Positions 42,893-51,950 of a DNA stretch of 64,000 nucleotides are shown here, piece after piece; position 1 is the stretch's first letter, and the number at the start of each line of letters is the position of its first letter. The position numbers and the translations under genes are program-made. The stretch comes from an uncultured Verrucomicrobiae bacterium (GTDB lineage Bacteria > Verrucomicrobiota > Verrucomicrobiia > Chthoniobacterales > JAFAMB01). Where the stretch lies: positions 608,001 through 672,000 of the forward strand of contig CAWEXO010000011.1 in NCBI GenBank assembly GCA_963813025.1, given 5' to 3'. Below the pieces are notes generated by a model that did not search any database, was not told where the DNA came from, and saw nothing but the letters and a program-made list of their open reading frames with translations.

Positions 42893-44022
42893 CTAGTGCC
42901 TAATTGCGTAAGTTAGTTATATGTATGGCGACTTTCCCCTGGTGTACCTGGGATTTGGTCCATTCGAAGGGAGCCGCATTGTTATTGTAGTTCTTGATGA
43001 AGGTGTCGATGGCGTTGCGCAGCTCTGCCACGCTGGTGAAGTTTGCCCCCTGGAGGGCTTGGCGGCTCAAGATACTAAACCAGATCTCAATCTGGTTGAG
43101 CCAAGAAGCGTGGGTTGGAGTGAAATGAAAATGCACATTGGGGTGAGCCTTCAACCAGCGATCTTGCTTTGGCTTATGGGTCGCAAGGTTGTCTAAGACC
43201 ACATGAATTTCTTTGTCGAGATTTCCGGCAACTACCTGGTTCATAAACTCCAGGAATTCCCGTCGGCGCTGGCGCCGGTAATGACCAGCCTGCACTTGGC
43301 CGCTGGCAATGTTGAGGGCGGCAAAGAGAGTGGAGGTGCCATGGCGCTTGTACTCGTGGCTAAAACCCGTCAGCGCCCTGCCATTGGGCAAGCGAATCCA
43401 ACCTTGGGCTCTTTCCAGGGCTTGAATGGCTGGTTTTTCATCAATGGCCAAGATGAGCGCATTCTGGGGCGGATTGAGATAAAGACCGACAATGTCAGCG
43501 GCCTTGCGCACAAACTCCGGATCGGTGGAAATGCACCAGCTGCGGCGCCGTTCCAATTCAATGCCTTGTTGGCGCAAAATGCGCCAGACTTGATCGGAGG
43601 AAACATCGGCCAGACTCTGCGCCAGCAGTCGCCCATTCCAGCGCCCGTAGCCCGCCGGTGGATCTTCATCCAGCAGCGCCAAGACCCGCTTGACCGTCAT
43701 TTGATCATACTTGGCCGGCTTTCCACTGCGTGGCGCGTCTTCCAAGCCAGCCAGGCCTTGGCGCACAAAGCGCCGCCGCCATTTACTCACCGTCACCTCG
43801 GGAATGCGCAGGCTCTTGGCAATCGCACGTCCACTCAAGCCCGCTGCCGCCTTCAAGATAATCTGACTCCTGACCTTGAGCCGGTGTTCGACCCGTTGCG
43901 CTCGACTCCAACCCTCCAAGAGCTTGCGGTTTTCCACAGAAAGTTTGATGCGACCCGTTGCCATCCATCCAACAAATCATAATTTTTCATAAATATAAAG
44001 AACTAAAGCAACTAAGTACTAG
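42893..44022 (-). mobile_element. IS630 family element, apparently intact
   Basis: CTAG at both ends; imperfect IRs CTAGTGCCTAATTGCGTAAGTT and CTAGTACTTAGTTGCTTTAGTT. Confidence 0.92.
42900..43964 (-). CDS. IS630 family transposase
   Basis: LEDAPRSGKP, IDEKPAIQALER, HEYKRHGT, VLDNLATHK, HFTPTHASWLNQIEIWF. Confidence 0.96.
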   Translation of the reverse strand: MATGRIKLSVENRKLLEGWSRAQRVEHRLKVRSQIILKAAAGLSGRAIAKSLRIPEVTVSKWRRRFVRQGLAGLEDAPRSGKPAKYDQMTVKRVLALLDEDPPAGYGRWNGRLLAQSLADVSSDQVWRILRQQGIELERRRSWCISTDPEFVRKAADIVGLYLNPPQNALILAIDEKPAIQALERAQGWIRLPNGRALTGFSHEYKRHGTSTLFAALNIASGQVQAGHYRRQRRREFLEFMNQVVAGNLDKEIHVVLDNLATHKPKQDRWLKAHPNVHFHFTPTHASWLNQIEIWFSILSRQALQGANFTSVAELRNAIDTFIKNYNNNAAPFEWTKSQVHQGKVAIHITNLRN

Positions 44023-44305
44023 TGTTGGATCACAGCTCGCTCTGGACGAGCGGGAGCTCATCCCTACCGCTCCTCGTCCTTAATGCCGCGCCGAAAGCGG
44101 CTCGAATGAAGAGGCTGTCTCACAACATCCGCTAACCCACGACCGGTAGGGCGAAAATTCATTCGAGCGCCAGCGAGAACTTGTTTGAGCCGTCTTGGAG
44201 GCGTGGCACACCCCTTATGTCCGGCTCAAACGAGTCCTCGCTAAGGCTCAAATAAATTTTCGCCCTACCGGATCAGGGCCGAGGCCATGTTGCGAGACAG
44301 CCTCT
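44023..44305. repeat. Composite REP/MITE-like repeat, copy 2 (left part at 42819-42892, split by IS630)
   Basis: AGAGGCTGTCTCACAAC...GTTGCGAGACAGCCTCT (16/17 IR, 44110-44305) enclosing CGGTAGGGCGAAAATT...AATTTTCGCCCTACCG. Confidence 0.85.
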
Positions 44306-44425
44306 GAATTTTCGCCTTCCCAGAACAGGATAAAAAAGAGGTTTCGAAATAGCCTCTCGCTTCTCAGCCCAAGAAAGGCCCTCTTTCGAACGACCTACTC
44401 CGACTTTGCGCGGGGCTCAGCACCG

Positions 44426-46629
44426 TCAGAATATCCAACTGATTCCGCCCAAAAATCCGCGCCGCGCTCCGAACTGCGGAGCAAAGACGCCAATTCCAGT
44501 GCCGTTCCGAAGTTGATAGCTTTGATCGAAAAGATTCATAACGTCGAACCGGAACTGGAGCAGGCCATATTTCGTCCGGAAGATGAAATATATGCGTCAA
44601 GCCCATGTTGAAAGTGATAGTACGCCGGTCGAGTTCATCCGTATTCGCAAAGCCACTGCTGAGGCCGCTGCCATAAAGGAGGTCGGCATAGACCGTGGTG
44701 TCTTTGTAGGTGTAGGATGCGCCGGCAGAAGCGTGTAACGCTGATCATGGTCAAGAAAGACCCAATGATTGCGAATGAAGGCGAGTTCATCCGGACTCGA
44801 AAAGAAATTGACTGGAGACAATTTGCTTCCCGTTCCGCGTTCGAAGCCGAAATTGGCGTAAGCATTGAATCCGCTTTGGTTGCAATTCGCGGTGACTTCG
44901 ACGCCGTACTGGTTTCCTTTTGCGTAGTTAAAAGGAGTAAAAATCAGAGCTGACCCGAATTGACCTTCGTCAATTAAGTCTCGAGAGATTTTGTAGTAGC
45001 CATCAACACCCATCGAAAGGCGAGCAGTAAATTGCTGGGTCATTCCTGCATCAAAGTAGTTGGCGCGTTCTGGTTTCACTGCAGTATTTTGCAAGATCGC
45101 TGATTGATTGGAGGTGCCGACAAATTGATTGATGGTTTGTGATTGAACAAGCTCCAGCGGAGGCGGTGTAAAGTACCGGGCATAACCGGCATGGAAGCGT
45201 CGTACTCTTGGTCGCTTGGAAGACAACATTGACCCTGGGACTGAGCTGATTTGCATGAGCGTACTCATCCACGACATCGAACCGGGCTCCGAAGTTAATC
45301 GTCAATGGCTGCGAATACTTTCCACTCGTCCTGAAGATAGAACCCATAGTAGGCGCCAGTCTTGGCGCTGGTTGTTAATGATCGTAAGCGGAACATCAAT
45401 GTCTGATTTCCCGCGGCATCAACAGGGAAAACCTGGTTATTGGTATCAACACTCGCGGGCTCCACGGTGACAAGAAACCCGCCACGCAGGATATTGAGAA
45501 TCATTGATCGCCCAGCTCGCATCAAACTGAACTCCGTTGGAAAAGATGCTTCGGTCGATCCGCCTGCCAAACCGGTGAAGATCAGATCCCTTTCGGTCAT
45601 CCGGGGAAAACAAGGTCGCGCTGTAGCGGGTAAACGCCGCCAATTGAAGTTGACGAGTGTCGAAAGATTTTGATAAGCGAGAATCGCAAATGATTCTGCT
45701 CGTGCTGATTTCATTGAGAAACCTGGAATCAAAGTTCGGCGGGAGGCTCCAGCCAGGGCAAAGAGCAGGCGTCTGACCGGGGTTGTCCGGAATCTGGAAA
45801 TCTGAATAGGTACCGCTCAGCAACAGGCTGATCCGACTCGTGTCATCGATAAGATAGGAGAGGTAGGCAAATCCTTTATATTGCTTAGTACCATCGTGGA
45901 TGCCGTACGTAGCCGCCGGTTGGGTTTTCGATCCCAAGATTGTTCTGATTATAGCTGCCGAGGATGAATAATTCAGCCGGCCTGTGCGCCTCCAAATTGA
46001 AACTGCGGGAATAATGGTTTCGTGCGAGCCGCCGTAAAAGGAGAGATCACCACCATTCAAATTCGGTGCCTACCTTGGTGTGAATGTCGATGATCGCCGT
46101 GGTTCGGAAACCGAATTGAGCCGGAAAGAACCGGTGATCAGTGAGACATTTTCACCAGCTGCGTATCGATTTCCTGGCCGAACCCGGTGATCCCTTCAGG
46201 GATCAGCACGTCATCAATTCGAAATTGCAGGTTGGCGTGTTCGTCCCGAACATGCAGTTGCCCATAGGAATCTTGCGCGACGCCTGGAGCCCGCAAGATG
46301 ACTTGATTAAATGGCGCGTTCTCACCCTGCGACTGGGTTTGGATCTGCGCTTGGTCGATCGAGTATTTTGTCGCGCCTAAATAGGGCACAATCTGGCTGC
46401 GCGCCTCGTTGAGCTGGCCGGTAACAATGATCGAGTTGAGTTCATTGCCGATCGGCTCGGCCGAGCTACCCGAGGCATTCCCGAGCGTCTGGTTGGAATT
46501 GGCGCCGAATGAGACAGACGGTGTGGGCGAGATGGTCTGTGCTCCAGTACTCGCTAGCAAAGAAGCATGTCCCAAAACAGTAAATAGAAGGGTCCGGAGT
46601 GAGAAAGTGCGCAGGAAAGGCGGTTGCAT
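44426..46629 (-). CDS. TonB-dependent outer-membrane receptor (multiple frameshifts)
   Basis: Signal peptide, IIVTG, LRAPGVAQDSYGQLHVR plug, YLQDEWK, LSPRV, VKPERANYFDAG and C-terminal GGISWIF*. Confidence 0.85.
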
Positions 46630-46635
46630 ATTTTT

Positions 46636-46676
46636 AATGCAAGTGTATTGCAATACAATTGCAAGAGAATTGCAGT
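46636..46676. promoter_or_regulatory. Three overlapping TGCAA-N5-TTGCA boxes (Fur/Mur/Zur-like operator array)
   Basis: TGCA at 46638, 46649, 46660 and 46671, directly upstream of the receptor ATG. Confidence 0.65.
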
Positions 46677-46827
46677 AAGATGCGTGGCTTCGTCCCTGTT
46701 TCGGACAATCGCTTTATTCGTGCCTGGGGCGAGAGACGCCGGGAAAAATCGTGCCTCACGTGTCGCCCTGAAACAGCGGTTCACTTCGCGACCGTTCTTC
46801 CTTGATCGTGCTTGCATCCTCTGATAG

Positions 46828-46841
46828 TGTTCGCTTGAACA
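46828..46841. promoter_or_regulatory. LexA box of the Verrucomicrobia type (TGTTC-N4-GAACA)
   Basis: TGTTCGCTTGAACA, 4 bp before the lexA ATG. Confidence 0.88.
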
Positions 46842-46845
46842 GGTC

Positions 46846-47445
46846 ATGCCCGAACTGACGCATCGCCAACATCAAGTGCTCGATTTCATTGAGCGGCAAC
46901 AACGAGAGACGGGGTTGCCCCCGACCAGCCGGGAAATTCAGGCACACTTCAGGTTCAGGAGCCAGACCGCAGCGATGAACCATTTGCGAGCTCTCGCAAG
47001 AAAAGGTGCGATTAGCCGGCTTCCGGGCCGAGCTCGATCTGCCGTTGTCCCGAATCTGGGTTCGCTCAAAATTCCATTCCTCGGGCATATCCCGGCCGGA
47101 ATGTCGGTCCAGTCCGAGCAAATAACGGACTCCTCTTTTGTTCTGGATCCGAGCGCGCTCGGGATTCGGCGAGGTCGGGATGTCTTTGCGCTTCGCGTGC
47201 ACGGCGATTCCATGACCGGTGTGCAGATTGCCGATGGCGACACCGTCATTCTGGAACGACGGCCTCCTCGCCATAACGATATTGTCGCGGCGCTGATTGA
47301 CGGAGAGGTGACGCTCAAGCGCTATCAGGACAGCCGGGATGGGACTTTCCTCAAAGCGGAGAACTCTAGGTATCCGGACCTGATCCCGTTAACGGATCTC
47401 ACGGTACAAGGGGTGATGATTGGATTATTACGGCGTCTCGCTTGA
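46846..47445 (+). CDS. lexA: SOS repressor LexA
   Basis: PPTSREI HTH, IPAG cleavage site, VHGDSM (Ser), TLKR (Lys). Confidence 0.95.
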   Translation: MPELTHRQHQVLDFIERQQRETGLPPTSREIQAHFRFRSQTAAMNHLRALARKGAISRLPGRARSAVVPNLGSLKIPFLGHIPAGMSVQSEQITDSSFVLDPSALGIRRGRDVFALRVHGDSMTGVQIADGDTVILERRPPRHNDIVAALIDGEVTLKRYQDSRDGTFLKAENSRYPDLIPLTDLTVQGVMIGLLRRLA

Positions 47446-47499
47446 ATCGCCAAGAGCTCAGGATATACGGGAAGTTCAGGGAAGTTCAGGGAGTGCAAT

Positions 47500-49140
47500 A
47501 TGCGGTTTGCGATTCGCGCGAAGCGCGGCCATCGTCCTTGCACTAAATTTCAGCCCATTTTGAACTTTTCAGATTTTTTTTCGGTGTATTCAGTCAAAGT
47601 CGCCTGCCTGGCGATCGCTATGGCCTCTTTTGCCTATCGTTCCAGCGAAGCGGAAGAGGCTCCCGTCGTGATCGACTACAGCAAGGTCGTCGAAAAAGCC
47701 GCTGCTCTGGCGCAACAGCCTTTCCTGCCTCAGCTGCAGGAGCTTTCATCCGACATGCTCAATCTGGACTACGACCAGTATCGACGAATTCGCTTTCTTC
47801 CGGAGCGAAGTGTGTGGCGTGATGCTCCTTATCGGATTGGTTTCTTTCACCCTGGCTACTATTTCAAGCGCCGGGTTCTTTTCCGCGCAATCGAGCCGGA
47901 CCGGCTACGCGACATTCCTTTTTCTCCCGCTTATTTTTACTATGACAAACCGATCGTCTTCAGCGGACACGAAGCTTTTGTCGGATTCAAGACTTACGTC
48001 CCGTCTGCGTCGCCGGGTGTTCAGGACGAGTTTATGTCTTTTCTCGGAGCCAGCTATTTTCGGGCCATCGCGCGCGGGCTGCACTGGGGCCTGTCCACCC
48101 GCGGGCTGGCAGTTAACAATGGGATCGGCGGCCAGGAGGAATTCCCGGATTTCCGGCAATTCTGGATACGGGAGCCAAAATCCGGAGATCAGCAGTTGGT
48201 TTTTTATGCTCTCCTGGACAGCGAGAGTGTCACCGGCGGATATGAATTTACGGTGCAGTATGGAGATAGGACGACAATGGACATCCGGGCGACGATCTTC
48301 ATCCGAAAGAAACCGGAAGTTCTCGAATTCGCCCCGCTGACCACGATGTTCTACTTCGGGGAGAATACGGTGAATAAACCAACGCTGAAACCCGACTACC
48401 AACCTACGGGCCGAGCCGATTTTTCGATGAACAAGACAGACTTCAAACGAAGGGAATTTCGTCCACAGGTCCACGATTCCGATGGGCTGCTGCTGGATAC
48501 GGTCTCGGGCGAAAGAGTTTGGGTTCCCTTTGATAACCCGCGCTCGATGACGGTCCGCCAGTTTTCGGATGTCCGGTCGTTCTCCGCGTTGCAACGGGAT
48601 CGCGATATCAATGATTATCTGGATCAGGAAGCAGAGTACAATCGCCGGCCGAGCCTGACGGTCATTCCCACGAGCGATTTCGGGCCGGGTTACGTTCGAC
48701 TCTTGCAAATCCCGAGCGCAGACGAGTACACGGACAACACGGTCGCAGGATGGCAGATACAGAATCCGCCAGAAGCGGGCGGCCACGTGGAGATCGCGTA
48801 TCGGCTTTTGTGGCGCGGTGACGAACCGAACAAGGATCAGTACCGGGTGGTATCGACGACCGTCCGTCCCAGCCCTAGTTCGAACGAGACTCGTTTTGCG
48901 GTGGAGTATGCGCGACCAGAGATCGAGCAGAACGTTCCGGTAGAGGAGCTCAGGCCATACATCGTGGCGAACCAGGGTGGTCAGGTCAAAGACGTCGAAT
49001 TTACTGCGACCGCACGGGGCTGGCTCGTCGGTTTCACAATTTTCAAGCCTTCTCCCTCCCAGGCCATGGACATCAGCTGTGTCATCCTTAGAGGCGATAA
49101 GTTTTTTTCGGAAAAATGGCTATATCTCCTGAATACCTGA
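47500..49140 (+). CDS. opgG: Periplasmic glucan biosynthesis protein G/D (start uncertain, may lie up to about 47620)
   Basis: YDQYRRIRF, SFLGASYFRA, EEFPDFRQFW, APLTTMF, RPQVHDSDGL, LQRDR, EKWLY. Confidence 0.92.
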   Translation: MRFAIRAKRGHRPCTKFQPILNFSDFFSVYSVKVACLAIAMASFAYRSSEAEEAPVVIDYSKVVEKAAALAQQPFLPQLQELSSDMLNLDYDQYRRIRFLPERSVWRDAPYRIGFFHPGYYFKRRVLFRAIEPDRLRDIPFSPAYFYYDKPIVFSGHEAFVGFKTYVPSASPGVQDEFMSFLGASYFRAIARGLHWGLSTRGLAVNNGIGGQEEFPDFRQFWIREPKSGDQQLVFYALLDSESVTGGYEFTVQYGDRTTMDIRATIFIRKKPEVLEFAPLTTMFYFGENTVNKPTLKPDYQPTGRADFSMNKTDFKRREFRPQVHDSDGLLLDTVSGERVWVPFDNPRSMTVRQFSDVRSFSALQRDRDINDYLDQEAEYNRRPSLTVIPTSDFGPGYVRLLQIPSADEYTDNTVAGWQIQNPPEAGGHVEIAYRLLWRGDEPNKDQYRVVSTTVRPSPSSNETRFAVEYARPEIEQNVPVEELRPYIVANQGGQVKDVEFTATARGWLVGFTIFKPSPSQAMDISCVILRGDKFFSEKWLYLLNT

Positions 49141-49694
49141 CTCTTCTTCGGACGGGAATAAAAGCGTCCCCGGAATGGCGAGAGGCCTGGGATCGGATGA
49201 ACGCTTACCTGGACGCGTTGCGCGCTCCGGAAGGAGTCGATCGCGAATTGATTCTTCTGTCCAGCTTCGAACGAGCGATTGCGCGCAAGCGAGAATCACC
49301 CTTTAGGCCAGCGACGGAGTTGGTCTTTGAGGAAACGCAGAAGAGTCTCGACGAGTCTCTAGGACATCTCATCGGCAATCACGTACCTGAGCACCGGCGG
49401 CCGGCCGAAGAACGAGTGCGCCTATTCCTGAACGAAGCGACAATGGGTGGCGTACTGGGACAGCCCGAGCCAATTGCCCGGGAGGTGGTGGAGGCGATGA
49501 GGGACGTGCAGCTCGACACTGCTCCCCGACCGCAGCCAAGCAGTATTACTCCGCGACCGTTTTCGACATCTCCGATCGGTGCGCGGATAGGCGAGATCGC
49601 TGAGTGGCTTTCGCCGATGGGCACGAACCGGCTTGTAGTTTGGCCGATCGTTTTGCTGCTGCTCGCTTTTGTGGTATACTTCTCGCTGTTTTAA
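49116..49694 (+). CDS. Hypothetical tail-anchored protein between opgG and opgH
   Basis: 192 aa, overlaps the opgG end, single C-terminal TM helix. Confidence 0.75.
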   Translation: MAISPEYLTLLRTGIKASPEWREAWDRMNAYLDALRAPEGVDRELILLSSFERAIARKRESPFRPATELVFEETQKSLDESLGHLIGNHVPEHRRPAEERVRLFLNEATMGGVLGQPEPIAREVVEAMRDVQLDTAPRPQPSSITPRPFSTSPIGARIGEIAEWLSPMGTNRLVVWPIVLLLLAFVVYFSLF

Positions 49695-49767
49695 AAGAAT
49701 CAAAAAAACCGCATTAAGGAGAGACGTTTTGTCTCATTTTCAGGAATAGTTGGAGGGTCTGGAGGAT

Positions 49768-51900
49768 ATGAAAGGTAACGATCGGTCAGTTCAGCTCACT
49801 GGTCTGCCAGCCACAAAGGAGCTGGGCGAAGCGTTCGCCGCGAAGGTGCGTCAACGCCGCTGGGCGGTCGGTTTGGTGAGCCTGGGCATCGCGCTCATCG
49901 GCGTCTGGCTGATGTGCGACATGCTTGCGGCTGGGGGCTGGACAATGTTGAAGGCGACCAACGCGGCCGTTTTTTGCCTTCTGTTCTCAGCGTTGGCTTT
50001 TGGATTTACTCAAGCATTCCTCGGTTTTCTCGTGCTCGCCGAAGGCCAGGAACCGCTCAAAATCACGAATACGTTGGACCAAACTGCGCCTCTGGCCTCG
50101 ACCGCAATCGTGATGCCGGTTTTCAACGAACATCCCCAGACAGTTTTTGGAAACATTCGAGTTCTTTTTGAATCCCTTGCGCAACGGGCGGAGCTGGAAC
50201 ACTTCAATTTTTATATTCTGAGCGATTCCACGGATCCTGCGTGTGTAGTGGAAGAAGAACTCGCCTGGGCGGATCTTTGCCGCCAGACAGACGGTTTTGG
50301 CCGGATTCATTACCGCCGAAGAAAGCTCCCGGTGAACCGAAAAAGCGGTAATATTGCGGATTTCTGCCGGCGTTGGGGCCACCGCCATCGCTATATGGTG
50401 GTGCTGGATGCCGATAGCATCATGACTGGCGAAGCGGTGTCTTCACTCGTTCGCCTGATGGAGGTGAACCCGCGAGCTGGGATCATTCAAACGATGCCTC
50501 GCCTCGCCGGAGCCGAAACAGTATTTGGGAGAATTCAGCAGTTTGCCTCCCGCCTCTATAGTCCGATTTTTGCAGCCGGTCTCAATTTTTGGCAGCAAGG
50601 TGCAGGAAACTATTGGGGACACAATGCGATCATCCGGGTGAATCCGTTCCTCTCCAGTTGCGCGCTGCCGGAATTGCCAGGCAAGGAACCGCTGGGAGGT
50701 CGTATCCTGAGTCACGATTTTGTGGAAGCGGCGCTAATGCGTGATGCCGGCTGGGAGGTGTGGTTTGCTTATGACCTGGAAGGCAGTTTCGAGGGGTTGC
50801 CGCCCAACTTAACTGAATACGTCAAACGCGACCGCCGCTGGTGCCAGGGCAACCTGCAACACATGTGGTTCCTGTTGGCCGACCGGATCAAATTCGTCAG
50901 CCGCCTGCATTTGGTTCAAGGTATTCTTGCTTACGCCTCGGCTCCGTTGCTGGTCTTATTCGTCCTTTTGGGAGCTATCCAATCGGCGCTGGAACATTTT
51001 CACCATAAGCCCGCCGAGTTTCCCTCGGCGTCGGCCGGCGTCCTCTTTGCGTTGACATGTGGGCTTCTTTTCGGGCCGAAAATCTTGAGCGTGCTCCATC
51101 TTTTTGCACGACGGAAGGAAGTTGAGGCATTTGGGGGTCCGCTTCGGATCGTCGCTGGAATGATCGCGGAGACGGTGTTTTCCATTGTGGTGGCTCCAGT
51201 GATGCTGTGGTTTCATACCCGGTTTGTCTTACGCAATCTGGCTGGTCAAACCGTTTCCTGGCATGCCCAGATTCGGAACGGCAGTAAGGGTCCGCGGTGG
51301 ACCGATGTCTTTGCTGAATATTGGTTACTTCCGGTTGCCGGTTCTTTTTTTGGATTTTTGGCGTACCTGATCTCGCCAAGCTACTTCCTCTGGGTCTTAC
51401 CGTTGCTGGTTGGCCTCTGGCTGGCGGTTCCAGTGGCTCAGTTGAGCGGCCGGATGAATCGTTTCCGCAACCTTTTCATCACACCCGAGGAGTCTGCGCC
51501 AGCCAAGGAGCTAACGAGCCGTTTCGAATTTCAATTGCGGGACGGTGACCAGTTTATCCATGCTGTGCTCGATCCTTTTTATAATGCGGTCCATGTGTCG
51601 CTGCAGCGGGAGAAAATGAGAAACTCGCCAGCCGCCTCGGGCTATCGAGCCGCGCTGGCCGATCGCTTGTTCGCGGAAGGACCCGATGCTCTGTCCAATC
51701 GTGAAAAACGAGCATTGCTGTCCGATGGTTCGATGATGGCGTATCTCCACGGTTTGATCTGGAAAACGCCGGCCGAGCTTCTCCATCCCGCCTGGGTAGC
51801 CGGCCTTCGGGAGTACCGAGGGAACAGCGAGACGGGAACGCTTCAAGGCCTTTCGACGCAACCGGCCTTTTCGAGCGTCAAGCAGGCGGTGGCTGCCTGA
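49768..51900 (+). CDS. opgH: Glucan biosynthesis glucosyltransferase H
   Basis: MPVFNE, LSDS, RKSGNIADFCRRWG, VLDADS, YWGHNAIIR, LSHDFVEA, RDRRWCQGN. Confidence 0.96.
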   Translation: MKGNDRSVQLTGLPATKELGEAFAAKVRQRRWAVGLVSLGIALIGVWLMCDMLAAGGWTMLKATNAAVFCLLFSALAFGFTQAFLGFLVLAEGQEPLKITNTLDQTAPLASTAIVMPVFNEHPQTVFGNIRVLFESLAQRAELEHFNFYILSDSTDPACVVEEELAWADLCRQTDGFGRIHYRRRKLPVNRKSGNIADFCRRWGHRHRYMVVLDADSIMTGEAVSSLVRLMEVNPRAGIIQTMPRLAGAETVFGRIQQFASRLYSPIFAAGLNFWQQGAGNYWGHNAIIRVNPFLSSCALPELPGKEPLGGRILSHDFVEAALMRDAGWEVWFAYDLEGSFEGLPPNLTEYVKRDRRWCQGNLQHMWFLLADRIKFVSRLHLVQGILAYASAPLLVLFVLLGAIQSALEHFHHKPAEFPSASAGVLFALTCGLLFGPKILSVLHLFARRKEVEAFGGPLRIVAGMIAETVFSIVVAPVMLWFHTRFVLRNLAGQTVSWHAQIRNGSKGPRWTDVFAEYWLLPVAGSFFGFLAYLISPSYFLWVLPLLVGLWLAVPVAQLSGRMNRFRNLFITPEESAPAKELTSRFEFQLRDGDQFIHAVLDPFYNAVHVSLQREKMRNSPAASGYRAALADRLFAEGPDALSNREKRALLSDGSMMAYLHGLIWKTPAELLHPAWVAGLREYRGNSETGTLQGLSTQPAFSSVKQAVAA

Positions 51901-51950
51901 AGGCAGCGACTCGACAAGACTCGCCGAAGCGTCTCTTTTTAGGGACGCGC

